A stretch of DNA of 64,000 nt from Parasphingorhabdus sp. (GCA_030373505.1 JAUCYS010000016.1:7576-71575); one strand, 5' to 3'. Counted from the stretch's first letter, positions 48,449 to 60,851 are shown. Program-made: numbers and translations. The notes: a model not told the origin generated them from the letters alone.

Positions 48449-50737
48449 TCAGAATGAAACCCCAAAGCTCGCCAGGAACGACCGGCCGGCAGCAGGAACA
48501 ACACGGCTGCTGTTTACCTGCGAATAATAGAGCTTATTGGTCAGATTATAACCGTTAAGTGCAATCCGGTATTTCCCGAAGTCATAGGCCAGCAGTCCGT
48601 CGACCGCGACATAGGATGGCGCGACCTGCGAATTCTGGCTGTCAAGAAAGACCTTGGACTGGTAATTGCCGCCAACGCCAATCTCCAGGCCCTTCAGACT
48701 TCCCTCCACCGGCTTGTAGGCCGCCCACAGACTTGCGGAATGTTTGGGAACATAGCGAACCTGCCGTCCGATCGCGTCGGTATCCAGATCGCCGGACCGC
48801 GTGAAGGCCTCGGTGATCTCTGCATCGACATAGGAATAGTTCAGCGTCAGCAGCAGGTCGGCGCTTACCGCGCCGCTGGCCCCCAGTTCAAATCCGCGCA
48901 GCCGCTGTTTCGGCTCGCTGGAGACGACCGTGACATTGGTAACCGGATCGACTTCCCGCGCATTGTTGCGGTCGATCTGATAGATGGCGCTCTGGACCAG
49001 CAGCTTGTCGCCGAACAGATTCAGCTTCAGCCCGAGATCAAAGGTTTCGGTCGTTTCGGGGTCGAGATCATTTCCGCTGATCCCGCCATTTTCCGCAGGC
49101 GTCGACAGGCTGCCATTGCTGAGGGAATTGCCGGGCGGCACCGCAGCCTTGCTGTAGGACAGATACACACTGGCATTGTCGGAAGGCTCCCAGATGATCG
49201 ACGCTTTCGGACTCCATAAATCACTGCTGGCTTCCGCTCGCGTGAAGCAACTCGTAAAGCTGCCGGTGGCTCCGTTGCAGGACGTCAGCGCCTCTCCGCG
49301 ACTGTCGGTGAGGTCGGTCGTGTCCTGGCTGCTCTTGAAATGCTGATAGCGGACACCCGCGTTGATCGACAGTTGCGGCGTGACCCACAGACGCTCGTCA
49401 ACGAACAGCGAGATGTCGGTCGCTTCTGCGTCGCGGAGCCGGTAGATGGCCGTAGGATAGACAGGCGCATCCACTGCCGATGGGTTGAGCAGGGGCCGGG
49501 ACACGGAGCTTGCCGGGCGCTGCGTATCGGAACGCTTGTTGGTCTGGTAGGAAACGTCCCAGCCAACGATCAGTTCATTGCGCAGCTCGCCCAGCGATTT
49601 TTCGATCAGCGCAGTGGAGACATTCTGAATCCCGCGCGTCGTCTGGTCCTGCAGGCCGCGGGCACTGGCCGAGACCATCGGCACGGTCAGCGGATCGCCG
49701 TCCAGCAGGGCGTCACCGCAGGCATCGTTGCAACTGGTCGGCGTTTGCCGGAACTGACGGGTATAGACGCCAACCTTGGTGTCGCTGGTAAGGCTGATCC
49801 AGTCATTGGCCTGATGGGCAAAACGCGCCGTCAGCGTGTTGACGGTGACCTTGTCCCGATCGGCGGCAAAGCCGTAAAAGTTGGAGCGCGGTACGCCGAA
49901 TTCCGGTGCCGGCCGTTCGATATCGGTCGTATCGCTGGTCCGGATGATCGGCACACCATAATCCACGCGCTTGTCCTCATCCTGATGGAAGAAGATCAGG
50001 TCGAAATTCGTGTCATTGCCGATCCCGAAACCCGCCGCTGCAGCAAAGCCAAAGCGATTGGAATAGACGCTGTCACGGTCTGCCGTGTCGGCGGTATGGC
50101 CCATGATATTGAGCCGGAGACCGCTGCTGTCGCTCAGTGCCAGATTGGCATCGGCCGTCCCGCGCAGATAATCGTCCGTTCCGCCAGCGACGTTGAAGCT
50201 GAACCGGTCTTCGGCCAGAGCGCGTTTCGACTGGGTGTTGATCGCGCCGCCGGACACACCGCGGCCCAATGCGGTGGAGGACGATCCCTTCAGCACCTGC
50301 ACCGATTCATAGTTGAACGCGTCGCGGGTAAAGGCTCCGAAATCCCGAAGGCCATCGGTAAAGATATCGTCGCGGGCCGCCTGGCCGCGAATGAAGAACT
50401 GGTCGCCATTGACCGTGCCGCCTTCGCCGACGGCGGTGGTGACGCCCGCGACATTGCGCAGGGCATCGGCGAGCGTCGTCGCTTGCCGGTCATCCAGGAT
50501 TTCTCTGTTCACGACGTTGATCGTTTGCGGCGCATCGATCAGCGGCCCCCGCATCGTGGCCAGATCGATTTCTTCCCCTCTGCCAATAACGACAATCTGG
50601 CCCTCCGCCGCTTCATCGGCTGCTGCAGCACCGGCATTTTCAGCGGCAAATGCGGTTCCTGGGGCTGCCATCAGCATGGCGGCGGCGATTGAACCGGTGC
50701 CGAAAGCGGCGCGGCGAGAGACCTTAGAATCAGACAC
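48449..50737 (-). CDS. TonB-dependent siderophore receptor (Fiu/PiuA-like)
   Basis: DAPQTINV, LADALRNVAG, DGLRD, C-terminal Phe; linked to piuC and a Fur box. Confidence 0.92.
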   Translation of the reverse strand: MSDSKVSRRAAFGTGSIAAAMLMAAPGTAFAAENAGAAAADEAAEGQIVVIGRGEEIDLATMRGPLIDAPQTINVVNREILDDRQATTLADALRNVAGVTTAVGEGGTVNGDQFFIRGQAARDDIFTDGLRDFGAFTRDAFNYESVQVLKGSSSTALGRGVSGGAINTQSKRALAEDRFSFNVAGGTDDYLRGTADANLALSDSSGLRLNIMGHTADTADRDSVYSNRFGFAAAAGFGIGNDTNFDLIFFHQDEDKRVDYGVPIIRTSDTTDIERPAPEFGVPRSNFYGFAADRDKVTVNTLTARFAHQANDWISLTSDTKVGVYTRQFRQTPTSCNDACGDALLDGDPLTVPMVSASARGLQDQTTRGIQNVSTALIEKSLGELRNELIVGWDVSYQTNKRSDTQRPASSVSRPLLNPSAVDAPVYPTAIYRLRDAEATDISLFVDERLWVTPQLSINAGVRYQHFKSSQDTTDLTDSRGEALTSCNGATGSFTSCFTRAEASSDLWSPKASIIWEPSDNASVYLSYSKAAVPPGNSLSNGSLSTPAENGGISGNDLDPETTETFDLGLKLNLFGDKLLVQSAIYQIDRNNAREVDPVTNVTVVSSEPKQRLRGFELGASGAVSADLLLTLNYSYVDAEITEAFTRSGDLDTDAIGRQVRYVPKHSASLWAAYKPVEGSLKGLEIGVGGNYQSKVFLDSQNSQVAPSYVAVDGLLAYDFGKYRIALNGYNLTNKLYYSQVNSSRVVPAAGRSFLASFGVSF

Positions 50738-50772
50738 GAATATTCCCCATCAGTTAAAGACAGAAGTCCGCT

Positions 50773-50791
50773 ATTGATAATCATTCTCATT
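50773..50791. promoter_or_regulatory. Fur box adjoining a TTGACA -35 element
   Basis: Minus strand AATGAGAATGATTATCAAT, two mismatches to AATGATAATNATTATCATT; TTGACA at 50796-50791. Confidence 0.8.
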
Positions 50792-50911
50792 GTCAATAGC
50801 GGTTATTCTTTTGCCGATAGGATCGGGATCGCAAGCAAAAATCCGCTTGCTCTTTTCCGTTACGAGGCCGGCCGCTCACGCCTCTGAATTCGATAAGAAA
50901 ACACGTCTTTC

Positions 50912-50988
50912 CAATCGCTTGCCCCGGGCTTCCTGTCTTCAGTCTGATCGGAGAGATCAACTCGAATGATATATGTCGAACTCGACCG
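50912..50988. repeat. Direct repeat copy 1: degenerate duplicate of the glnA 3' end
   Basis: 73/77 identical to 53431-53507 by manual alignment. Confidence 0.95.
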
Positions 50989-51020
50989 ATTTCTGAAACA
51001 ACAAAAGCACGAAAACCGCG

Positions 51021-52949
51021 TCAGGCAGCAAGCTCTCGAATATTTGCAAGCTCCCGCGCTTTATCTGCGGTTACCGGGGGACAGAGAAAATAGCCCTGAA
51101 GCCGATCGCATCCCAATCCCCCAAGTACGGCAACCTGATCTTTACACTCAACTTTCTCGGCTGTTGAGCGCGCCCCAATTGCCGAGCATAATTGTATGAT
51201 GCCTTGGACCAACCGCCGCGCATCCTGTGAATGGATAATATCGGCGATCAACGCGCCGTCGATCTTCACCCTGTCGAATTTTATCTTTTGCAGATATGTG
51301 ATGGATGCGAAACCCGAACCAAAATCATCCAGAGCAATCCGGATTCCCGTCTTCCGGAGAAGGTCTAGTCGTTCGCGAGCCGTATCAAAGTCTGACAGCA
51401 GCGAGGTTTCAGTTACTTCAACCTCAAGTCGACCGGGATCGAACCCGTAGCGATTGCATAGCGACAAGATCATCAGTGGCGTGCTTGCTCGGCTCAGATC
51501 CACCCCGCTGAGGTTGATCGAAAGTCCGATTTGCGAATCCCAGCCTGCTGCTTCGCGGATTGCAACGTCAAAAATCTGCTCGGACAATGCAGCAATGCTG
51601 TCCGTTCGTTCCGCGATTTCGATAAATTCGGGTGGTGGAATTAGGCCAAGTTGCGGGTGGTTCCAACGCGCCAGCGCTTCGAAACAGGCAATTTTCTTGG
51701 TCTGAACGTCGAAGATCGGTTGAAATACAACTTCAATGGTCGGCGAGGGATTGGTTTCTCGAAGCGATTGCTCGATAATTATGCGCCGCTTCAAACGCGC
51801 AGCCATGGTTGGCAAGAACCAGGACATCGCCTTGCCGCCGCTGTTTTTGACTTCGTAAAGAGCTACGTCCGCTCGCGACATGATTGCCAGTGCGGATGCG
51901 TCCAGTTCGGAGTGGCTGGCAAGGCCAACAGATGCCGATAACCGAAGGATTGACTCTGATAGGAGGAATGGCCGGCTCATTTCCAGAACCAGCGTGGTAC
52001 CTGTATCAGTGAATTTTTCACTGGCTTCGTCTGCCACCATCAAGACGGCGAATTCGTCGCCGCCCAGTCTGGCAACCATCCGGCAGTCCTTGCACGCCTT
52101 TTGCAAACGCCCTGCGGCCTGAAGCAAGAGCTCATCGCCATGGGCATGCCCGAACGTGTCATTGATCGCCTTGAAGCCATCAAGATCGATCAGCGCGACG
52201 GCTACCGTCCCGCCATTTTTCGATATAGCGCCGACAGCGTCTTCAAGACATTCGGTAAACGCACGGCGGTTGGAAAGTCCGGTCAGTGGATCGGAATATG
52301 CGAGGGCCTTGACCTGTGAGCGAGATATGACGCTCTCGATAAGATAATTATACTGATGCACCACGAGACGCAGAATCAAGAGAAAAATCAGGAGCAGGTT
52401 CACGCCTGCGGCTATTTTCATATGGGCGCCGGACGTCAGCAATGCGACAATAACCGGAGTGGTCGAGAGAAATACAGTTGCGAAGGCGGCTTTGGGCAGG
52501 CTGCTCAGGCAATAGGTGCAGGCAACAGCGCCAAAAGCTATGAACAGCGGCACGAAGGGGGTTTCGCCGGCGTCCCACTGCAGCAAAGCCACGCCCCACA
52601 CGCCCAGTCCCAGACTGACAACGCCCGCGATCGCCGTAGTCGATCGTAAATAATGGGTGATCCGGGCTTCACTGGGCGAGACCCGTTTCCGAGCCAGCCA
52701 GATTGTTGCGCGAACCGCGACGAGCGACAGAAATATACCCGGTACGACGAGCGACAATAGCGCCGGTACCGAACCATATACCGAATAACACAGGACGAGA
52801 GTGTTGATTAGCAACACACCATAAAGCGTAGGTACCTGCGTACGAAGGTTGCGAAATTGTTCAGCCTGCAGCTTTGGCAATAACCGCGAGGGCAGATTAA
52901 CCGTGAATTTCAAAAGTGCTCTCCGCTGGTGGTCATCCGCAATGGGCAC
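51021..52949 (-). CDS. Membrane-bound GGDEF-EAL protein
   Basis: About 5-6 N-terminal TM segments, RLGGDEF, FEALARW, IALDDFGSG. Confidence 0.93.
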   Translation of the reverse strand: MPIADDHQRRALLKFTVNLPSRLLPKLQAEQFRNLRTQVPTLYGVLLINTLVLCYSVYGSVPALLSLVVPGIFLSLVAVRATIWLARKRVSPSEARITHYLRSTTAIAGVVSLGLGVWGVALLQWDAGETPFVPLFIAFGAVACTYCLSSLPKAAFATVFLSTTPVIVALLTSGAHMKIAAGVNLLLIFLLILRLVVHQYNYLIESVISRSQVKALAYSDPLTGLSNRRAFTECLEDAVGAISKNGGTVAVALIDLDGFKAINDTFGHAHGDELLLQAAGRLQKACKDCRMVARLGGDEFAVLMVADEASEKFTDTGTTLVLEMSRPFLLSESILRLSASVGLASHSELDASALAIMSRADVALYEVKNSGGKAMSWFLPTMAARLKRRIIIEQSLRETNPSPTIEVVFQPIFDVQTKKIACFEALARWNHPQLGLIPPPEFIEIAERTDSIAALSEQIFDVAIREAAGWDSQIGLSINLSGVDLSRASTPLMILSLCNRYGFDPGRLEVEVTETSLLSDFDTARERLDLLRKTGIRIALDDFGSGFASITYLQKIKFDRVKIDGALIADIIHSQDARRLVQGIIQLCSAIGARSTAEKVECKDQVAVLGGLGCDRLQGYFLCPPVTADKARELANIRELAA

Positions 52950-53007
52950 TCAAGGTTAATATATTGATCTCTATTTAAATTCGCGTTCGGATGGATCCCG
53001 CATCTCT

Positions 53008-53298
53008 CTATGTCGGTATATCCCGGGGCCGAGTTGCGGGCCTTTTTCCGGATTCGACCGGGCCGAGTGGGTCCATGACTTTGTTCACGAGTGAATCAGC
53101 GCCAGCATTGCTGAGCAGACGACCCATTTCAATGGCAACTTCGGCGGTCATGCTGATCACCACTCCATTGTGGCCTTCGACGAATACATGCCCGTCTTCG
53201 ACCCAGACGTTTCTTGGTTTTCCGTAAGGCTCGGCCTCGGCTAAATGCTCGGAAATCTTGGCCCGCTCTGCCTTGGAAAGTGAGTTGAACTGCGCCAT
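53008..53298 (-). CDS. Hypothetical protein, 96 aa
   Basis: ATG with a strong AGGAG RBS; plausible composition. Confidence 0.65.
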   Translation of the reverse strand: MAQFNSLSKAERAKISEHLAEAEPYGKPRNVWVEDGHVFVEGHNGVVISMTAEVAIEMGRLLSNAGADSLVNKVMDPLGPVESGKRPATRPRDIPT

Positions 53299-53416
53299 TA
53301 TTGTTCTCCTGGAAATCTATTTCCGGATTGTTTCCAATCCGCGAGATACTTCTAGTTCCGCAAGGGGCAAGCCTACACCCATTGGCCGGTCATTAATAGG
53401 CGTCGCCTGAAACCAC

Positions 53417-53450
53417 GAAAAAGCCCGGAGCAATCGCTTGCCCCGGGCTT
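53417..53450 (-). terminator. glnA intrinsic terminator
   Basis: AAGCCCGG...CCGGGCTT stem with a T-run on the minus strand. Confidence 0.8.
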
Positions 53451-53475
53451 CCTGTCTTCAGTCTGATCGGAAAGA

Positions 53476-54888
<1,413 letters not shown>

Positions 54889-54934
54889 TTTTTATCCCTT
54901 GGTGTTGATATGTTTGGATTGGTTGCGAAAAAGA

Positions 54935-55375
<441 letters not shown>

Positions 55376-55448
55376 GATTCGATTCGCGAACAGAATCACC
55401 GGAATGCGTGCCTGCATTGCTAATAGCTATTCGGGTCGCTGACAATGG

Positions 55449-55496
55449 CGCTCAAAAAACAGGCATTTACGCGGGCAAATGACCATAATTTGGGCA
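55449..55496. promoter_or_regulatory. Two NtrC-like enhancer sites
   Basis: CGCTC-AAAAAAC-AGGCA (55449-55465) and TGACC-ATAATTT-GGGCA (55480-55496), 31 bp apart. Confidence 0.55.
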
Positions 55497-55526
55497 GCTG
55501 ATGCGAGCCACAGGGAGGCAATGTCG

Positions 55527-57650
55527 CTACCGCGCTTGGGGCGCTGTCATCTCCGGCAGATTCTTCTTCGTCCAGATCGACCGGTTGACCACATAATGGC
55601 GGATATTCTCGACCTGCTCGGGGCTGAGCTGCGAGGCGAAGCCGACCATGCCATGTTCTTTCAGCGCGCCGCCGGTGACCACCGACGCCCAGGCGTCCTT
55701 GTCGCCCAGCACACCGCTGATCCTGAGGTCCGGCGTGAAGCCGTTGCCGACCGCGCTGTCGCCGTGACAGACGATGCAGTTGCGACCGTAGAGTCCCTTG
55801 CCGGCAGCGATCTGTTCCGGCGTGCCGGTCTGCTTCGGTGGATCCCAGACGATGTCACCCTTGTCGAGCAGCGGCGGCAATTTGGCCTGTCCGTTCAGTT
55901 TCAGCACCACCAGCCGGGGGATATTGGGCACCTGCCGGGTCACCCCGCCGGCGACCCCGGCGACCAGCGGAAAGGCACCGCCCTTGCTGGTCAGAAAGGC
56001 AATATATTGCTCGCCATCGACCATGTAGGTGGAGGGCGCGCTGACAATGCCAGACTGCATCGGCAGGCTCAGCAATTCCTCGCCCTTGTCCGCCGAATAG
56101 GCCTTGAAAAAGCCGGTGCTGGTACCCTGGAACACCAGATTGCCGGCGGTGGTCATGGTCCCGCCATTCCACGCCGCGGGATAATCGACGGTCCATTCGA
56201 CCTTGCCGGTCTTCGGGTTGAACGCCACCAGCTGGCCGGTGGTCGCGGCAATCGCGGCCTTGTAGACATCCTTGTCGTCGGGCAGCTGGGCGACCGACCA
56301 GTCGACGCCGACGTTGAAGCCGAGCCGCTCGCGCTTCTTGTCGATCTCGGAGACCGGCACGGCATAGCCCTGCGGAATCTGCTGCGCCGGGATATAGACC
56401 AGGCCGGTGTTGGGATTATAGCTCATTGGATGCCAGTTATGCGCCCCGAGCGCGCCCGGAATCGCGACAAAGGGCTTGCCGGTCTTGTAGAAGCGGGCAT
56501 CGGGATTCTCTATCGGCCGTCCGGTTTCCAGGTCATAGCCGGTCGCCCAGTTGATCCCCTGGACAAAGGGCTCGGCGCTGATCAGCGTGCCGTCGATCCG
56601 GTCGATGACGAAGAAAAAGCCGTTCTTCGGTGCGTGGTAGAGCACCTTGCGCATCTTGCCGTCGATCGGCATCTCGGCCTGGATGATATGCTGGGTGGCG
56701 GTATAGTCCCAGCTTTCCGCTGGCGTTTCCTGATAGTGCCAGAGATATTTGCCGGTATCGGGATTGACCGCAACGATCGAGGACAGGAACAGATTGTCGC
56801 CTTCGCCGCCCGAGCGCAGCCCGTGGTTCCACGGATTGCCATTGCCGACGCCGAAATAGAGCTGGTCGAGTTCCTCGTCATAGACGATGCTGTCCCACAC
56901 CGTGCCGCCGCCGCCGGATTCCTTCCATTCGCCATCGCTCCACGTCGCCGCTGCCGCTTTTGCGAAAATCTCGTCGCTCGCTGCCCCGTCCGGTTTTCCT
57001 TCCGGATTGGGCACGGTGTAGAAGCGCCATTTGAGATTGCCGTCGCGGGTGTCATAGGCGGAGACATAGCCGCGCACGCCGAATTCGGCGCCGCCATTGC
57101 CGATGATCACCATATTCTTGACCACGCGCGGCGCACCGGTGATCGTATAGGGCTTGCTGTTGTCGGTGGTCTGGGTTTCCCACAGCCGCGCGCCGGTATT
57201 GGCATCGAGCGCGATCAGCCGGCCATCGATGGTGCCGAAAAACAGCTTGCCGCGGTTGATCGCCACGCCGCGGTTGACCACGTCGCAGCAGGCATCGACC
57301 GCCTTGGCGCCGTCGACTCCCGGATCATAGGACCAGATTTCCTCGCCGGTCTTGGCATCATAGGCAAAGACCTTGGACCAGGCGGTGGAGATATAGAGCT
57401 TGCCGCCGACTTCGATCGGCGTCGCTTCCTGGCCGCGGGCGTCGGGCAGGTCCTTGAACCAGGCGATGCCTAGCTTGTCGACATTGCCGCTGTTGATCTG
57501 CTCGAGCGGGCTGTAGCGCTGTTCCTTGGCGTCAAAGCCAATATTGCTCCAGTCGGCGTCCACCACCGTATCGGTCGTTTCCGGCACACTGGTCTGGCTT
57601 TCGCAGGCCACCAGCATCAACGGCATCAATAACAAACCCAACCTGCGCAT
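55527..57650 (-). CDS. PQQ-dependent quinohemoprotein alcohol dehydrogenase (type II), lipoprotein
   Basis: Lipobox LVAC, CCDVVNRG, WDYTATQ, GAHNWHPMS, C-terminal heme motif CIVCH. Confidence 0.93.
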   Translation of the reverse strand: MRRLGLLLMPLMLVACESQTSVPETTDTVVDADWSNIGFDAKEQRYSPLEQINSGNVDKLGIAWFKDLPDARGQEATPIEVGGKLYISTAWSKVFAYDAKTGEEIWSYDPGVDGAKAVDACCDVVNRGVAINRGKLFFGTIDGRLIALDANTGARLWETQTTDNSKPYTITGAPRVVKNMVIIGNGGAEFGVRGYVSAYDTRDGNLKWRFYTVPNPEGKPDGAASDEIFAKAAAATWSDGEWKESGGGGTVWDSIVYDEELDQLYFGVGNGNPWNHGLRSGGEGDNLFLSSIVAVNPDTGKYLWHYQETPAESWDYTATQHIIQAEMPIDGKMRKVLYHAPKNGFFFVIDRIDGTLISAEPFVQGINWATGYDLETGRPIENPDARFYKTGKPFVAIPGALGAHNWHPMSYNPNTGLVYIPAQQIPQGYAVPVSEIDKKRERLGFNVGVDWSVAQLPDDKDVYKAAIAATTGQLVAFNPKTGKVEWTVDYPAAWNGGTMTTAGNLVFQGTSTGFFKAYSADKGEELLSLPMQSGIVSAPSTYMVDGEQYIAFLTSKGGAFPLVAGVAGGVTRQVPNIPRLVVLKLNGQAKLPPLLDKGDIVWDPPKQTGTPEQIAAGKGLYGRNCIVCHGDSAVGNGFTPDLRISGVLGDKDAWASVVTGGALKEHGMVGFASQLSPEQVENIRHYVVNRSIWTKKNLPEMTAPQAR

Positions 57651-57852
57651 CACCCGTCTCCCACTCCGCCGGACGGTAAGCCGTCCATGCAGTTTAACTG
57701 ACTAGCTAAGCTATGGGCGAGAGGTCAAGGGTTATGGGCAAGGGGCCAATGGGCACGGAACCGGGGGCCGGATAATATTTTTGTTCCGGAGCGGAACGGG
57801 ACCGTGATGCCGTTAACTTTTCTGATGCAGTTCGCCGCTAAAAAGGGCTGCG

Positions 57853-59658
57853 ATGAGATTGGCAACTATCACCAACTGGGCCTATGGCACGACGGTCGCA
57901 TTGACCATCATTTCCGGGACGACGATGCTGCTTGCATCAAACGCGCAGGAGCACGAACGGGCGGCCGAGGCGCAGCGCTATCGGCTGGATCAGGCGACGC
58001 ATAATCTGGGTCTCGATATGTTTGCGCTCACTGGCCAGGCGCGCCAATATGTCATTACCGGCGATACCACGCATCTCGCCGCCTATAATCGCACGGCAAA
58101 AGCGCTGAAACCGGTTGAAGACCGGCTTCGCCACGTGAACGATGCCGGGGCGGGTGCCGACGAGTTGAATGCGCTCAAGGAAGCCGTGCGCTGGGCCGAC
58201 AGCCTGCATGACGAACAACGCGCCGCGCTTGCCGCACGCCAGCAAGGGGACGACGAGCGAGCACGGCAGATCATGTTCGGCGCCGAATATGAGCGGCAGC
58301 TTGACCGGGTTCAGGCGATGATCGAACGGTTTCAGTATCGCCTCGATCAGCGGACCGGCGCGGAAGTGAAGCAGGCAGCCACCATTGCCAGCCTGTGGAA
58401 GACGGTCTCGGAAGTCCTTCTGGCGATCACCGGTCTGCTGTTTCTTTGCGTCCTCTATTTTGTCTTCAAACGGCGGGTGCTGCATCCGGTGGTCCGTCTC
58501 AGCGACGTCGTCACGCGGCTTGCGGCAGAGGATTACACGGTTGAAGCCCCGGATGAGGGCCAGATTGACGAGATCGGGGATATGGCCCAGGCGATTGGTC
58601 TGTTCCGGGAAAATGCGATCGAGCGCCAGCGTCTGGAGGCCGAACGCGATGCCGATCGCGCCATGCGCGACTTGCTCTCGCGGATGACCCAGCGGATGCA
58701 GGGCTGCGACTCTTTGCTTGACCTGACGGAAGTTGTGCAGCGCTTCGTACCGGAAATCATCCCCGGACTGGCCGGCCGGCTCTATTTGCTCGACGACTCG
58801 CGCAATGCAATGATGGAGACGTGCCAATGGCTGTCGCCCAGCCATTCGCGCAGCGAATTCTCGCCGCTTGCCTGCTGGGCGCTGCGGCGCGGCTTGCCGC
58901 ACCGACCTGCCGGCAAGGCCGTTGATGTGCCGTGCGACCATCTCGTGACCGGCGATGATGACAAGATCATCGATTCTATCTGCCTGCCGCTGACCGTGCA
59001 TCAGGAAACGCTGGGCCTGATCTATCTTGAGCCAGCCGGTGCCGCCGGGGAAGCGATTGAGGTCTCCGAAGTCTATCTCAACATGCTCTCCGAAAATATC
59101 GGGCTGGCGGTGTCGAACATGCGGCTGCGCGATGCGCTGCGCGAGATGGCGATGGCGGATTCTCTCACCGGCCTGGCCAATCGCCGGAAGATGGAAGCGG
59201 ATCTCGCTTTGCAAATCGCCGAGGCCGAACGCCAGAATCTGCCGATCAGCTGCCTGATGATCGATGTCGATCATTTCAAGCATTTCAACGACCGCTTTGG
59301 CCATGATGCCGGCGACGCTGTCCTGCGCGAGCTGGGCCGCACGCTCAGCAATTCGGCGCGGCAGCAGGACATGGCGTTCCGCTATGGCGGCGAAGAATTT
59401 TTGCTGCTGATCCCCGGAATGGGAGCTGACCGCGCATTGCTGCGCGCGGAGGAAATTCGCGAGCGAATTGCCGATCTTGATATCCGCTATGGCGGCGAGA
59501 CGCTTGGCCCGGTCACCGTGTCGATTGGTGTCGCCAGCCTGCCGGTGCATTGCGACGGGGACCATCTTGTAAAGACGGCTGACGACGCGCTGCTGCGCGC
59601 CAAATCGCGCGGCCGCAACCGTGTCGAATCCGCAGGCGGCAGAAAGAGCGCCGCCTGA
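57853..59658 (+). CDS. Membrane diguanylate cyclase (periplasmic sensor-HAMP-GAF-like-GGEEF)
   Basis: Two TM segments, HAMP (DEIGDMA), CWALRRG, RQQD I-site, YGGEEF. Confidence 0.92.
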   Translation: MRLATITNWAYGTTVALTIISGTTMLLASNAQEHERAAEAQRYRLDQATHNLGLDMFALTGQARQYVITGDTTHLAAYNRTAKALKPVEDRLRHVNDAGAGADELNALKEAVRWADSLHDEQRAALAARQQGDDERARQIMFGAEYERQLDRVQAMIERFQYRLDQRTGAEVKQAATIASLWKTVSEVLLAITGLLFLCVLYFVFKRRVLHPVVRLSDVVTRLAAEDYTVEAPDEGQIDEIGDMAQAIGLFRENAIERQRLEAERDADRAMRDLLSRMTQRMQGCDSLLDLTEVVQRFVPEIIPGLAGRLYLLDDSRNAMMETCQWLSPSHSRSEFSPLACWALRRGLPHRPAGKAVDVPCDHLVTGDDDKIIDSICLPLTVHQETLGLIYLEPAGAAGEAIEVSEVYLNMLSENIGLAVSNMRLRDALREMAMADSLTGLANRRKMEADLALQIAEAERQNLPISCLMIDVDHFKHFNDRFGHDAGDAVLRELGRTLSNSARQQDMAFRYGGEEFLLLIPGMGADRALLRAEEIRERIADLDIRYGGETLGPVTVSIGVASLPVHCDGDHLVKTADDALLRAKSRGRNRVESAGGRKSAA

Positions 59659-60225
59659 TCAGCGCGCCACCGCATAGCGCAGCGCGACCATGCCGCTGCG
59701 ATAGGCCCTGCTTTTCAGCAGATGCAATGCTACGTCGTTGTCCAGCCCTTCGAAGAAGCTGATTCCCTTGCCGATCAGAACCGGCAGGATCGAATAGCGG
59801 ATCTCGTCCACCAGGCCGAGCCGCATCATGTTCCCGGCGAGCTTGCCGCCGCCAGCGACCCAGATATTGGCATAGCGGCCTCTCAACTGCTTGAGCAGCC
59901 CCTGCAGGTCCTCGCTGTGGAATGTCACGCTCTCCCGGCTGTGCTCGAGCGCTCGGCTGGTCAGGACAAGCACCGGCTTGTCGCCATAGGCCCAGCCCAG
60001 CCCCCGCTTCTCGAAATCGAGTGCGGTCAGATAGGTGCCCGATCCCATCAGATAACAGTCGATCCCCTCCAGAAAGCGGCTCACATAGTCGGCATCCAGT
60101 TCCTCGCCCGCTGCATATTCATCTGCGGTTTCCATCCAGTCGACGCTGCCATCCGCGCGCGCGATATAGCCGTCCAGGCTCGCCGCCATGTGGATGGTGA
60201 TCCGGCCCTCATTCTCTGCCATCAT
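59659..60225 (-). CDS. Dihydrofolate reductase-like (RibD C-terminal) protein
   Basis: MAASLDGYIA, LMGSGTY, IWVAGGG, LVDEI, PVLIGKGI motifs. Confidence 0.9.
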   Translation of the reverse strand: MMAENEGRITIHMAASLDGYIARADGSVDWMETADEYAAGEELDADYVSRFLEGIDCYLMGSGTYLTALDFEKRGLGWAYGDKPVLVLTSRALEHSRESVTFHSEDLQGLLKQLRGRYANIWVAGGGKLAGNMMRLGLVDEIRYSILPVLIGKGISFFEGLDNDVALHLLKSRAYRSGMVALRYAVAR

Positions 60226-60823
60226 CTGTCCCTCCCTCAGCAAAGGCCGCCAGCGCCCCGGCCAGCGCGATCCGGTGGTCGCGGTTCCAGGGCGGGGCGA
60301 AGCGGGCGGACGCATCGGTTTCGTTCGTGCGATAGGCCGCCGTCTTCTGCATCGCCGCCTGCTGCTGGCTGTCAAACCATCCGACCTGCCAGCCGCGCGC
60401 TTCCGCAGCCCTTGCCAGTTCCTCCCGGTACATCACGCCATCTGCCCGTGCATTGGCCCAGTAATCAGCGATACATTCTTCGACGCTGTCCGGCATGTTC
60501 GGGATCGCCCGCAGGGCCAGGGCGGCGCGATCCAGGCCCAGCCGCTCTGCCAGTTCCGCCAGCTGCCGCTCGCTATGGGCCTGCGCCGACCGGCGCACTT
60601 TTTCCACCATCGCTACCGCCTCGGCCAGCGGCAGTCGCCGGCTTGCATCATGATGGGGCAGGCCGGGCAGATCATCATCCTTCAGCAGGACCTTGCAGCG
60701 GTCGACAACCGCCCCGTTAGCGTCGAGCGTCACCAGCACTGCCCAGCCGGCATGGTCCGACACGCCCACCAACGGTATCGCCTTTCTTTCCACCTCGACA
60801 CTCCCGCCGGAATCGGCTAGCAT
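60209..60823 (-). CDS. Hypothetical protein, 204 aa
   Basis: Long ORF with host-like codon usage; overlaps the start of the DHFR-like gene. Confidence 0.7.
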   Translation of the reverse strand: MLADSGGSVEVERKAIPLVGVSDHAGWAVLVTLDANGAVVDRCKVLLKDDDLPGLPHHDASRRLPLAEAVAMVEKVRRSAQAHSERQLAELAERLGLDRAALALRAIPNMPDSVEECIADYWANARADGVMYREELARAAEARGWQVGWFDSQQQAAMQKTAAYRTNETDASARFAPPWNRDHRIALAGALAAFAEGGTDDGRE

Positions 60824-60828
60824 TAATT

Positions 60829-60842
60829 AATGAACGATCATT
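60829..60842. promoter_or_regulatory. Putative TetR operator
   Basis: AATGA-ACGA-TCATT palindrome in the 28-bp divergent gap. Confidence 0.6.
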
Positions 60843-60851
60843 TATAAATCA

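Noticed and set aside
50966-51199. 77-aa ORF starting in the glnA duplicate
   Set aside because: It is antisense to the repeat and the EAL gene end, with no RBS or motif support.
55527-57650. Lanthanide-dependent dehydrogenase
   Set aside because: The active-site motif is WDYT, lacking the extra Asp (D-x-D) of XoxF/ExaF/PedH-type enzymes.
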